Source of the DNA: Lama guanicoe
Lineage: Eukaryota
Direction of reading: 5' to 3'
Length of the DNA: 64,000 nucleotides
Assembly (NCBI GenBank): GCA_013239625.1
Contig: MU053561.1
Span: 4,217,992 to 4,281,991 of the forward strand
Below the pieces are notes generated by a model. The model saw nothing but the letters and a program-made list of their open reading frames with translations, did not search any database and was not told the origin of the DNA. Below are positions 51,831 to 64,000 of this stretch, piece after piece. The translations under genes were made by a program, and so were the position numbers. The first letter of the stretch is position 1, and each line of letters begins with the position of its first letter.

Positions 51831-54564
51831 ACATAAATGGTTTAATATTTCAAATTATAAAGCAAAGATGATCAGATTTGATTTAAAAATCAAGACTGAC
51901 TGTATTGTGTCTATAGGTAAACCCAGTTTACACATAGAGACACAACAGATTGAAAACAAAAGTATGGAAAAAGATACAATATGCAAACATTAATTAAAAG
52001 AAAGCTATAATGGCTATACTAATATCAAAGTAAATTTCAGAGAAGTGAATAAAAAGGGACATTTTACAATTATTAAGGAGTGAGTTCGTCAAGAACAAAA
52101 AAGCAACCCTAAATGTACGTACAACTAAAAACAAACTTAAAAGTATATGAAACAAACGCTGATAGAATTAAAAGGAGAAATAATCTACAATTTTAGTTGA
52201 AAATGTCAACTCTTTTCTCTTAGTAATTGAAATAATAAGTACATAAAATAGCAGAAAGGATATAGAAAACTTGAACAATCCTGTAAGCCAATTTGTCCTA
52301 ATTGACATATTTAGAATATTGATCCACCAATAGCAAAATGCACATTCTTTACAAATACACATGAGTGCATATGGGACATTCACCAAGATAGACTATATTC
52401 TGGGCTATAAAACAACAGTCAAAAAGTTTTTAAAGATTGTAATGATACTGAGTATAAGTTCTGACCAAAAGACAATCAAACTGAATATCAACAACAGAGG
52501 ATATCTTGAAAAATATTTGGAAATTAAACAATGCACTTTTAATATAAAATGGTTCAAAGAAAAAAACCACAAGGGAAATTAAGAAATACTTTAAATAGAA
52601 ATCAAAACACAACATATCAAAATTTGTGGAATGCAGCTAATGTAGTGCTTAAAGAAAAATGTACAGCCTTAATGTATATACAAGAAAAGGTCTAAATTCA
52701 ATTATTTAAGCTCCTACCTTAAAAGAAAAAGCAGATTAAACCCAAAGTAAGAAAAATAAAGGAAAAAATAAAGATGAGAACAGAAGTCAAATAAATAGAA
52801 AACAGATGAAAATCAATAGAAAATGCAATAAAATCAAAAATTTTCTTGGAAAACATCAACAAAATCTATAAACATCTAAGTAGACTAGTCAAAAGAAAAA
52901 GAAAGACACAAATCACCAAAATCAGGAATGATACAGAGTCCTCACAACAGATTCTACAACATTAAAATTATCATAAGAGAATACTTTAAACTTTATTGCC
53001 AAAACATTGAATCACTTAGAATAAAAGATAAATTTTATGAAAGATACAAATTACCAAAACTGACTCAAGAAGAAATACTCTAGCCACATCTTTATCAAAT
53101 AAATTTGTTTGATAATTAAATATATTACTGAAAGAGAATTTCATTCCCAGATATTTCACCAGTGAATTCTATCAAACATTTAAGAAAGAAATAATACCAA
53201 CTTGACACAAAGTCTTTCCAAAAGTTGATGAGAGAACACACCTCAATCAATGTTATAAGATCAGCATTACCTTGACAGCAAACCAGACAAAAACATTACA
53301 AAAAAGAAAACTAGGGATTAATGTCCCTCTCTCAAAAAATGTAAAGATGCAAAAATTCTTCATAAAAACTTAAGCAAATCAAATCCAATAATATATAAAA
53401 AGGATAATATATCATGACCAAGTGAGGTTTATCCCAGGAATGCAAAGTTGCATTAACACTCAAAAATCAATTAATCTAATTCAGCATGTCAACAGACTAA
53501 AAATGAAATACCATATATTCATCTCAAAATATGTAGAAAAAGCTTGAGAAAATTCAACATTCGTTCATGTTTAAATTATCCAGAAAACTAGTAATAGAAT
53601 GAACTTCTTTTATGATAAAAGATATCTAGCATCATACTTAAGGTGAAGCAATTGGGAAAAAGGCAAGGATGTCCACTGTCACCATTTGTATACAACATTG
53701 TACAAGCCTGTATAATAAGGCAATAAAAAAGGGAAAAAAATCATACAGACTGAAGATGTAAAAATGTCTTTATCCACATATGACATGATCATCTACACAG
53801 AAAATTGTAAGGAATCTACAAACATGCTACTGGAACTAGCAGGTGAGTTTATTAAGGTTTCAGGAATCAAATTCATTAGACAAAAATTTCCACCTCCCTA
53901 GGCATCATTATCTTGCTTCTGCCACAGGGTTTCTGGAGGGTCAGACTATGCTACACGCATGCTCTCTTTCTGGGTCCAGAGCACCAGAATGTTAGGGGGC
54001 CATCCTTGGGTCCAACTACTTGCTGGTTTGCCAGCTAACCTGCCTTGACTCCTATATGTACCAAATACCATTCCATGAATCCTTCAAAGCAGACGCAGAC
54101 CTCAGCAAGGCAGAAAGCACTCAATCAGTAGAGCTGGCACCAGAAGACCAATGCTCCATGCCAATCTGGTCTTTCACAGATTGTGGCCACCTATTACTGG
54201 CCACAGCTGTCTTAGGAGGCCCTCACATGTCCCTCTGTAGGAATTGCAGCCTACGAGTTAACTTCTGTTTTCAAAGGACCTGGGAGAAGCAGGTGGGTAA
54301 TCGTAATAGCTACAGCAAGCACCAGCTTGGCAATATGGATTCTGCTGACATTTCACGTACCCCTAGGACAGGAAGGGGGCTTCTGAGGATAGAGAGAGTC
54401 CACAGGGCCAATTGAGAACTAGGGAACATCTAGAGTACAAGTCCTCCTTTTTCACTGTCTCTGTTGAATTTTCACCTTTATGTAGGGAGTCAAATTCATT
54501 AAAACCCACTGAAAGTCCCCCTATCATGGGCATTCATAACATTGATTTTATTAATAAAAATGAG

Positions 54565-54745
54565 AGATAATAATTATTAGCACTTGCTCTGTGCTAGACA
54601 CCTTTCAAAATGTCTGTTAACTCATTTTCTCTATTTATAATTATCACCATTTTACAGACCAGAAAGCTGAACCACAGAGAAGTTATTCGGAACTTGAATG
54701 GCAGAGCTAGGACTCCAAACTCAGTCAACCAAACAAACCCCATAC
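54565..54745 (-). mobile_element. MIR SINE
   Basis: ccattttacagaccagaaagctgaaccacagagaagtt. Confidence 0.7.
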
Positions 54746-55518
54746 TTTTAACATACACATCATATCACCTGTGGTCTGGCCTGCAGAATTAGTTTTGACT
54801 TAACTAAACAGGATAATCCAATAAATTATATTTGTGATTTAGCTGATCAACAGGATGTACAAAAATCTCAGATACTATTATAAGAGCGAGAAAACTTTTA
54901 ATGTAATAGTTCTTAATTTAGTGTAAGTTGAGAGAGGGTTCGGCACTATGAACAATATTGCTGGAAGAAAGAGAAATTTTCTGCTTATTAAGACTAGGTC
55001 ATTTAATGACTATCAATCTACTGGGAAAGTCATTGGGAAAAAAATGATGCATTTTCCCTTGACAAATAGTTCCTACACAGGCTTCTTTTAACTACAAACA
55101 GATACATCAAGCAAATAACACAGCAATGATTTTTAAAGTAAAATTATTTGGAAATTATTAGAATAATTAGATGACCTGCACTACAGTTTTATCACTTGGT
55201 TAGCAGTTTTATAAGAAAATAATATTCAGTTTGTAGAATTAATTTTTGTCATAGAATATATTTTCAACTTTTGTTTATATAATGACTTATATATTTAATA
55301 TATATTTCCATACCAGTAATTGTATTTTTCTTACTATCATTCCTAGGCAACATCTATTAAAAATTTAAATATATATATATAGATATAGATACAGATATAT
55401 CTCTCTCTCTCCATAGGCCTGAGAATTCCAAGTTAATAATTTAGCCCACAGAAATAAAAGCACTAACATTAGCATTGTTCATAGTGCATAAAACTGGAAA
55501 CAAAGAAAATTCCCATTA

Positions 55519-55913
55519 TGTCAGTCATAGATTATGCCAACAATAACAAGCAACCTTAAACTCACAGGGGCTTACCACCTCAGTCTTATTTCTTATTCAT
55601 TCTATATGACCATGATGGGCTAATCAGAGAACTTTATTACATGCAATTTTCACTCATAGACCTAGGATGACAGAAGTTTCATCATTTGTAACATCACAAA
55701 TTGCTGCAGCAGGAGAAAGAGTGTAATAAAGGGTCTCATACCATTAACCAAATTCTCTGGTACAGAAGTAATTAGTACACATCATTTCTACCTAAAATCT
55801 ATTGGCCAGAACTTATCATATAGCCTTACCAAGGTGAGTGGGGTAGTAAAATCTTCTCCTGTGCCTGGAAGTGAGGAAGAACTGGATACAGGTGATCATA
55901 AAAGTCTCTACCA
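55519..55913 (-). mobile_element. MaLR LTR remnant (MLT1J-like) inside an L1ME-like fragment (~55450-56340)
   Basis: tgtcagtcatagattatgc...ctattggccagaacttatcatatagcc. Confidence 0.6.
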
Positions 55914-58659
55914 TATTCTAGTAGATAAATAGCTGAATTATGGTACATCTATGAACTATTACACAGCAATTTAAAAGAATGAATTGGAACTATACCATGT
56001 TTTAGAGAGATTTCCATGAGATATTGAATGAGCAAGACTCTGAAAAGTACACATTATCTCATTTTTGTAAATTAACCATGATCAGAGAACCCTGTATGTA
56101 TGCATGCATATGTAAAATTATATCGAACTAAATACATTATATCTCTATCTATCTGTCATGGATAAAAATAGGGAAGGATACATGTTAGGTTCTTGTCAAG
56201 GGTTACCCAAGAGAGGGGGACTTGGCGGAAGGGGATCCTGATGTGTTTAGACAGGGGAATAGTGTAAAAAAGAAAGCAAAAGGAAAAAAAATAAGATGCT
56301 AAGAATTTATGTGATTTATGCATTGATATAAATTATGTATATCTAATATAGAAACTAGGTCATTTTTTAAACTTTTCCTTATAATTTTGATTGCTTTTAT
56401 AGGCCTCAAACTACTGTGTTGAAACTAAATGCTCTTTTCGCTTCACCCCAGCTCTAAATTCTATGATTTCATAACTTAATGTTAAGTCTTATCTGTCTCC
56501 ATTTGTCATTTCCTATTTCTAACCCACAGGTGACCTGTCACTGATTAAAGTTCTTGATGTACTACTACAGTCTGTGGACTATTAATTATGCTGAATCCAG
56601 GTTGCCTGAATTTTGAATAATTTATTTCTAACCTTTTTATCAACCAAAGCAGCTTGGTCTTTGACATCATTAATTTACATTTACATGAAGTAGGAGACAT
56701 TTTATTACTGCTAAAATGATAAAGTTATGGATATCTTTCTTAGGACAGGTGTTAGATCTAATCTAAAAGTCTACAACTGAAACTTTCAGTCTAAGAAAAT
56801 GTCCCATCTCTCACCTCGGCTATTTAATAGCTTCAATAGCCTCACATGTTCTGATTTACATCTAATGATCTTTCTAAAACAAACGTCTTTTTCAAGTGGG
56901 CAGATGGATGATTGAGTTAGGAGACCATATACTTTATATCCTTTTGTAAATTTTTCATTTTAAAATATCACATTTTAAGTAATAAAGTCTTATTTTCCTT
57001 GCTTAAACTCCGTTCCATTTTCCATATAAAAAAACTCCAAACTTTGCAACATAATGTACTACATCCTATAGGAAGAGACCATGGTCTAGTTCTCTTAACT
57101 ACTCTTCATCTCATCCTTTATATTGCTATTTCTTTTGCTTTGATTTCCTCTTGTCCTTCTTATACACCTGTAACATTCTTATTTATGTCCAAAATTCATC
57201 CCTTTCAGAAGGCCTCTGTATCCTTTCTACTTGTATACGCTTGAATTTGTTTACATATTTGTATTTGCTACTTGACAACAAGTCATTGAGAGAAGATATT
57301 GTGTATCATATAGATAATCCCAAATCCAACTACTTATTCTATACTTTCCAGCATTGCTACTCAGGATTTGACACAGAATACTCTGTTCTTGATTCACTTT
57401 GTTCTCTAGGCTTCCATGATCCTTTATGCTTCATCTGTCTCCCTTATTATTAGTCTTTTCAGCAATTTTTCTATTGCTTGACAATGTGCCAGTACCCCAA
57501 AGCTCAGTATGAACTCCTTTCCTTTCTATAACTAGACATTCACCATCTGTAAAGAGAGTGCATTCAGTCCTGTGCTTTAAATGGCGTATTTATGCCAATG
57601 ATTACTACATACCAACCCTTTTGGAAAACTTCAGATTCATTTGTTTAGTGACCTTCTCAACATCTCCACTTAGATATCTAAGCTATCTCAAATATTACAT
57701 ATCCCAAAACAGAACTTCAAAACCCAGCCTTGACACCTTTTCTTTCTTTCACCTCATCCTTACCTCCAGCCAATTTGTCAGCACACCTTTTTGGTTCCAC
57801 TATAAAAATATATCCAAAATATAACCTTTTAGTCCCACTCCTTTACTTAGTCTAGCATAGCTAATATTTCTTCTTTTTACAGCCCAAATTTGGCTGAGGT
57901 CCCCTCAGCCCGTGCTTCTCCTGGAGCGTATGGCCTGTGGACACACTGAGGTACTTATTTTGCTTCAGACAAAGCTTACACGCTATTCACTTAAGATCCA
58001 GAACCTGCACCCTATTTCTATAAAAACAGCAATTCATGTAAAAACAGCGATTCGTGTAAAAACAAGGCTACCATAGGCTACAGTGACCCATCAAGTTAAA
58101 ATTCCTATGGAGCTATTATCCCATACAGGATCACCTGAGCCACATCAGAGCTTCAATATTAGTTTGTTTTTTAGCTCCTCCCAATTCCACTCTATTTCAA
58201 CTGTGTAATTAGCTTACAAAATGTTCATAATAATTAAATTATAAATCTGCCAATTGTTCATTAACAATAGCTGCAATTATTTTTACGAATTTTTTTGGTT
58301 GGTTTTTTTTTTTTTTTGGTGAAGTTACCACAAATGAATGCACTGATCTCTAAATTTTAAATGACAATTTTTCTCAATCTGGTTTTTTTTTAGGAGTTGT
58401 CTAAAAGTAAAAATAGCATTAGTCTTAAATTTTATTCTGGATTTGGTTGTCAAAACGGACTCTCTAGAGCTCAAAATGGAAGAGACAAATACAGGCTCCT
58501 ATAATAATGCTTTCAGAAAATTTTATGCTTTTCTAATTGCTAATATTTGATCTTATTTTTAAATCATGTATTAAACATTTTGGTTCTGAAGTTTTACTCA
58601 CTGTAAGAATCATCAGTATGGTACATGTAAGTTTTTCTTAAATATGTATTAATATTTTA

Positions 58660-58950
58660 TGTAATCAATTCAACAAATATTGACTACCTACCAAGGGCCA
58701 GGCAGTATTTTAAGCACTCAGCATATATCAATAAACAAAACAGACAAAAATCCTTATCTTTCTGAAGGTTACATTCTAGTGAGGGAAGACAATGAATAAT
58801 AAACATACTAAATAAAGTACATAGTATGTTAGAAGATAATATGTGCCATGGGGAGAAAAGGAGCAGTGTGAGGGGAATCACTGGAGAGACAGGGAAGTTT
58901 CTAAGGAAGAAGCATGCCCAGCATTTTCAAAGAACAGCAAGAAGCAATCT
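58660..58950 (-). mobile_element. L2 3' end, antisense
   Basis: attcaacaaatattgactacctaccaagggccaggcagt. Confidence 0.75.
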
Positions 58951-59039
58951 TTCAAAACTTAAGAGCCTAACTAACTCATCTTGTTTTAATTAAAAGCAAC
59001 GAGGAACAATATTTGAAAATTTAAAGAGTGTAAACTAAT

Positions 59040-59431
59040 TGTGACAGGCTGGCAAGTCATTCACCTGACCCTTTCCCTGATCTCCTCCTGAGACATAACT
59101 AGAAATGAGTCACAGTCTATCTTAAAATTAGGCGTGGCCAGATGATTTGGTCCTAGAAAGTAGAATGTGGGTGGAAGTGATGTACATCTACTTCAGCCCT
59201 GGGTCATTAAAACCATTCACACATGGTTTTTCCATGGTGTTTCCCCTTTCACAACAAACTTGGTAGCCAGTTGTTGAAGATGGCAGAGAGAGAAGTTGGA
59301 AGGAGCCAGGGTCCCTAAATCACTGCCTAGAGGAATGCTGCTTCCTAAATAGGGCTGTTTATTTTGGACTTTAGATAAGTGAGAAGTTGATGATTAACCA
59401 GAGAAGCTAGTGTTACCTTAACTAATATACA
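59040..59431 (+). mobile_element. MaLR LTR (MLT1I-like)
   Basis: tgtgacaggctgg...gaatgtgggtggaagtgatgta...ttgaagatggcagag...accttaactaatataca. Confidence 0.7.
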
Positions 59432-59829
59432 AGTCTTGCTTTATTTTAAAATGTTTGAAAATCTATAGTAGCTTCAAATGTGACATATGTTGTCAAGACT
59501 AATAATTCTCTAAAAAATACTTGCTCAGGAGACTAACTATAAAGTTTCAATTAAGAGATCAAAAGCTAGAAATCCAAAGATCATATCCAGTTTTCAGAGT
59601 ATAGTCATGGGCATATAAATTGAAGGATGAACGTAATTTCTGTAATGTTACAGCATTTCCATTTTTCTTGGCTAGCCTTTCCTACAAATTCTCTACCATT
59701 AGGAAATTAAAATTCTCCTACACTAAAATTATTATTTATAGACAACTCTAAAAACTATTTTTATCTATTTGTCAGGTGTTTTTATGAAGTTCATTATTAG
59801 ATTAGTCTTTCATACCCACTCTTCTCTCC

Positions 59830-61510
59830 ACAACTTGCAACACTTTTATTCTAGTGGTTGATATTCTTACTTTACTAAAAAAATTGAAGCTATGAAACCA
59901 AAGTTCTACAAACTCCTATCTACCATCATCTTGTCCTATATACTGTTCCTTTTCTCTTATTACTGTAGTAGAACTGTCTTTTCTCCTAGCTAAGGCCCAG
60001 CACTTTAATCTTCCACTAGATTCCCTCCCTCTTGCCTATTATAGGACATCCTTTAAAAAAAAAAAACAAAAACTCCTGCATATTCATTTCACATCATCTT
60101 GAATCTCTCCCTAATTATTTAAACATATTATTAATTCTTGTATCTTTAAAACAATTTCTCTTGAGTCACTTCCAATTCTAGTAGCTGCATCATTTATTTT
60201 CTTCCCTTTAAAGTATAACTTCTTGAGTTCTTACTCTTGATGGAGATAGCTATCTCCACTTCTTTCCCTCCCATTCTTTCCTTAACCACCCCCTGCAATC
60301 AAACTCCACTTCACTAAAACTGCCATTGTTAGGATCACCAAAGACCTCCATATTAATAACACATTAATCCATTAATCAATTTTACTTTCTTTCTGAGGAG
60401 TATTTAATACAATTGGTCACTCTTCTTTGAAATACCTTCTTGCTAGACTTCACTATCATTCTAGCTAATGCCTCTCACCTCTTTGATCTCTTTTCTGGGT
60501 ATAGTCAATCTCATGATTGTATATGTTCTCATCCAGTCTGATAGCTTTAAATATGCAGCTGACTTCCAAATTTATACCACTATCCTGGATCTGTCTCTAA
60601 GCCTGTCACCATCTCCATTTAGATGTCTAATATGCATTTTAGACCTAACACGTCCAAAATTACATTGCTCAGCCCCAAAATATTGACATTATCCTTGTCC
60701 CCTTCTCTGTCTTATCCCATGTCTAATCTTCAAAACATCCAGAAGCTGACCTCTTTACTCCTCTGCTGCTCTCACCCTTGTTCAAGCCACTACCATCTCT
60801 CATATGCATTATTAAAACAATCTCCTGTTTTCTCTGTTTTAACCTTTTGTCCCCTTTTCAAAATCTGTTCTCAATATAGCAGTCAGAAAGATTTTAATTT
60901 TAAAACATGAGTCAGATTATGGCTCTTCTTTGCTCAGAAATATATACTAATTTCACATCTTATTCAGAGTAAAAGCCAAAGCTCTAACAGTAGCCTATAA
61001 GCCCTACATAATCTGCCCACCCAAGTTCCCTATCCTATTAAATATCAGGCCTTTTCTCCTTATACTCTTCTTCTGCTCATTATCCTCTACCCACACTGGC
61101 CTCCTTGCTGCCTCCCAGACACACTAGGCATACCTCCACTTTTGGGCCTTTATACTTTTTCTTCCTTTTACCAGGCATGTTCTCCCCTAGACAGCTAGAG
61201 GCTTACGAGTTATTCATCACATCTTCAAATGTCCTTTCAGTGTGAGCCACGCTACATAAAATTTCAACCCCCTTCAATACTCCCTAATACTCTTCCCTGT
61301 TATTTCTCTTTAGCAACTATCATTAATATACTATGTGTTTTGCTTATTTGTTTATTATCTATTTCCTTCATTAAAATGTAAGCTCCAAAAGAACAGAGGG
61401 CCTATTTTTCTATTTTTTTTATTGTCATATTCCCAGTATCTAGAACTGTGCTTAATTCTTAGCAGACACTCAATAAGTATTTGCCTAATGAATGTAGAAT
61501 AAATGAAATA
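59830..61510 (+). mobile_element. Long L2 remnant
   Basis: Pyrimidine-rich L2 body (cagagtaaaagccaaagctct, cacactggcctccttgctg) and tail cactcaataagtatttgcctaatgaatg. Confidence 0.85.
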
Positions 61511-61689
61511 ATATTTCAGGAAGTCATACTGGTAGAGCCTTTCTTCCTGCAACTTAAAGTCACTTATCAATTTTGTATATAGGTAAGTCAAAGCTGCTTC
61601 AGAACTGTGAAACTTAACTAAAATGACATGAAGATTTTAAAAATAAGTATTAGCAAAACTATAATGATTAGCATTTCAGATTACCTCAC

Positions 61690-62070
61690 AGAATCAATGA
61701 GAAGTATTTATTTGCATCCAAAATATTTTAATAGTAAAGAATAAATAGTAAATCCCAGTAATATATTTCTAGCATTCAATGGATAACTGTGCAAATGTGA
61801 AAACTTAGCTAAAACAGTTTTCATGAATACAAGAAAAGGTAAAAATAAAATATAATCATCTGATTATCTGAATACAATTACAAGTTTTCAAGCAACATGT
61901 AGTCATTTCCCATTTAGGCTAAATTATAAAAATATAAAGAAACAAATTATTTATGCAATATCAAAGAAGTCTCAATTTCAGAAAATGTTTGGCTCCTTAG
62001 AAAATAAGAATAAAAAATTAACTATAAATTTGATGTTATTAGGCTCCTTAATTACAATGATTTCCTGAAA
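61690..62070 (-). other. SYCP1: SYCP1 3' UTR with polyA signals
   Basis: ATTAAA at 61732-61727 and AATAAA at 61712-61707 on the - strand. Confidence 0.7.
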
Positions 62071-62208
62071 TTAAACAAATAGCTTTTCTGCTTCCTTTAG
62101 TTTCTGTTTCCTATCCATTTTAGCAATTACAGCCCAACAGTCCTCCTGCATTTTTCTCATAGCTCCAAACTTCAGCGTAGATCCAGGGGTTGTTAGAGAT
62201 GAAGGAGT
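62071..62208 (-). CDS. SYCP1: SYCP1 last coding exon (TPSSLTTPGSTLKFGAMRKMQEDCWAVIAKMDRKQKLKEAEKLFV*)
   Basis: Acceptor ttttattcag|ACT after a 98-nt intron; ends in the characteristic LKEAEKLFV then TAA; read manually. Confidence 0.94.
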   Translation of the reverse strand, partial: TPSSLTTPGSTLKFGAMRKMQEDCWAVIAKMDRKQKLKEAEKLFV

Positions 62209-62306
62209 CTGAATAAAAAATAAAATTATAATACGTTTAACTTAAAAAAAAAAGAATTAAATCCAGTTTTTGAAAGTTGCTTTCTGAAATAAAATTTAAA
62301 AGCTAC

Positions 62307-62396
62307 CTTTTTTGGTGTTCTGACACAAAGATGAGAAATTGGTGGATTATTTTTCTTGTATCGCTTTTTCAGTGTCTCTTCCTCTGAAACCATGCT
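62307..62396 (-). CDS. SYCP1: Synaptonemal complex protein 1, penultimate exon (SMVSEEETLKKRYKKNNPPISHLCVRTPKK)
   Basis: Acceptor ttctttaag|AGC, donor AAG|gtagct, 90 nt; embedded in ORF 62226..62576; synteny with TSHB. Confidence 0.93.
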
Positions 62397-62834
62397 CTTA
62401 AAGAAAAATATAAAAATATAATTAGGGGCTGCAACCATTAATATTATATTATTAAATTTTTGTCTACATACCACATATGAAGGTGAGGTGGTGGAGGAGG
62501 AGGGAGGAAAAAAGAGGAAAGAGATGAAAGGAGAAAGAAGAGAAAAGAAAGAATAAAGACTGAAGAAAGAAGACAATGACAGAATAAATCTTCAATCTGC
62601 TAAACAAGGACCTAGATTTTGATTCTATTGACTATATACCTCAAAGGTTATGTGGAATATAAGTTGTGCATGAATAGTATTTTTCTACTGATTTCTATTT
62701 TAGTTTCAGGATCTTTATACAACCACTTCCTCGTTTTCCCCAACCTAGTTGTTCAAACACACTTAGGCCTTATAATAAGCATTCATAATCCTATAAAAAT
62801 TAGGTCAATCATCAATTTATGAATATTTTCCCAA

Positions 62835-63087
62835 ATAATAATAGCTGATACCTATTTAGTACTTTATGTCAGGCACTATTTTAAGCACTCTGCATATTTT
62901 AATTAGTTTTAATCCTTGCAACAATTTCGACATAGGTATACTATTATTATCCCCATTTTAAAGGTGAAGAACTGAGACACACAAACATTAAGTAACTTGC
63001 CCAAGATTACACAGCTAGTAAGAAGTAGAGCCAGGATTCAAATCCAGGTAGGCAAGGTCCAGAATCCATTCTCTTAAATATGCTATA
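62835..63087 (-). mobile_element. Near full-length MIR in a SYCP1 intron
   Basis: attattatccccattttaaaggtgaagaactgagacac...aagtaacttgcccaagattacacagctagtaag. Confidence 0.9.
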
Positions 63088-63429
63088 TAAATTTAGTCAG
63101 GTAAGCAATCAGTTCACATTATCTTTTCCTGCTCATTAAAGTCATATTTAACAAAAATTTCAGAAGCTTCATGGATGAAAACATTCAAACATTTTCATGG
63201 GTTCTAAGATTTCAGCAGAATCATTAAGTCACAAAGAACTGACTTTTCAGTATGCACCAACTGACCAGCTTAGAAAAGAGAAATTATCTTAAAAATTACG
63301 TTGTAAACTATCATTAAAATTTTACTTAGTGCATGGTAACTGAATGTTCATTAATGACTGATCATATAAAAATAATAAATTAACCTAATTTAAAACAACG
63401 AAAATGTTATCCTTATGACTCTGTAGCAT

Positions 63430-64000
63430 TCATCTTTCATGTGCTTATTGGCCATTTATCTTCTTTGAAGAAATGTCTATTCAAGTCTTCTGCCATTTTT
63501 GAACTGGCTTGGTTTTTGTCGCTGAGTTATGGGAGTTCTTATATATTCTGAATATTAATTTCTTGTGTCAGATATATGTTTTGCAAATATTTTCTCCCAA
63601 TCTTTAACTTGCCTTTTCACTTCCTAGTGTCCTTTGATCCATGAAAGTTCTTAATTTTGATGAAGTCCAATCTATCTATTTTTTGTCTGTATTTTGGTAT
63701 CATCATATCCATGAAGTCCTTGCTATTCAATGTCATGAAGATTTCCCCTATATTTTCTTCTAAGTGTGTCATAGTTTTAGCCCTTAAGTTAAGGTCTTTG
63801 ATCCACTTTGAGTCAATTTTTTTAATACAGCATAAGATAAAAGTCCAAGGATAATAGTCTATAGTCTTCCTCTCTTGTGATGTCTTTATCTGGCTTTGGT
63901 ATCAAAGTAGTGTTAGCTTTATCAAATGAGTTACGAAGTGTTCCCTCTTCAATTTTTTGGAGGAGTCTGAAAATGATTGGTGTTAAGCCTTTAAATGTTT
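63430..64000 (-). mobile_element. L1 fragments in a SYCP1 intron
   Basis: catgtgcttattggccatt...gaaatgtctattcaagtc; tttatctggctttggtatcaaagt. Confidence 0.85.

Larger units (their letters stand above)
49370..53885 (+). mobile_element. Old L1 (spacer plus ORF2 EN to RT) hosting nested insertions, including an L1MC-like element at ~49610-50740
   Basis: ORF 52361..52582 (GTFTKIDYILG, EN domain); RT-region motifs near 53400-53800; ORF 50125..50337 is L1MC-like. Confidence 0.85.

Noticed and set aside
58021..58064. CRISPR-like repeat array
   Set aside because: Head-to-tail 18-mers with no spacers, in mammalian DNA with no cas genes.
62306..62315. CArG-like CCTTTTTTGG (also CCTAAATAGG at 59344)
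   Set aside because: The first is dictated by the SYCP1 Pro-Lys-Lys codons and donor site; the second lies in an MLT1 remnant with no relevant context.
62400..64000. Additional upstream SYCP1 exon
   Set aside because: I found no frame resembling the expected preceding peptide; the region is MIR, L1 and AT-rich intron.
1..64000. tRNA, rRNA, snoRNA, miRNA genes or a novel multi-gene system
   Set aside because: None recognisable by eye, and the gene content is explained by TSPAN2-TSHB-SYCP1 synteny. An Infernal/Rfam and tRNAscan-SE run would be needed to exclude small RNAs formally.

Overview
Mammalian genomic DNA, most likely a camelid (inferred from the TSH-beta protein and the repeat content), covering the conserved TSPAN2-TSHB-SYCP1 synteny block. 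On the + strand are coding exons 2-8 and the 3' UTR of TSPAN2; exon 1 lies upstream of the window. On the - strand is the complete three-exon TSHB gene, convergent with TSPAN2, with a recognisable two-TATA promoter and Pit-1/GATA element. Also on the - strand, at the right end, are the last two exons and 3' UTR of SYCP1. The rest is intronic or intergenic DNA with MIR, L2, MaLR, a solo ERV1-like LTR, a Tigger1-derived element and a ~15 kb nest of L1 fragments upstream of TSHB. I found no convincing new gene or multi-gene system, and nearly all of the ORF track is spurious or L1-derived. The best leads are regulatory and concern TSHB: an altered GGGTCA element at the start site, an E'-box next to a D-box-like TATA, an overlapping uORF, a conserved intronic TSH-beta-v start codon, and a candidate 3' enhancer with Pit-1-like, GATA and CRE motifs. 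Comparisons with human, mouse or llama sequence and all repeat subfamily names are from memory and need alignment or RepeatMasker confirmation. Repeat boundaries are approximate unless a TSD is given.
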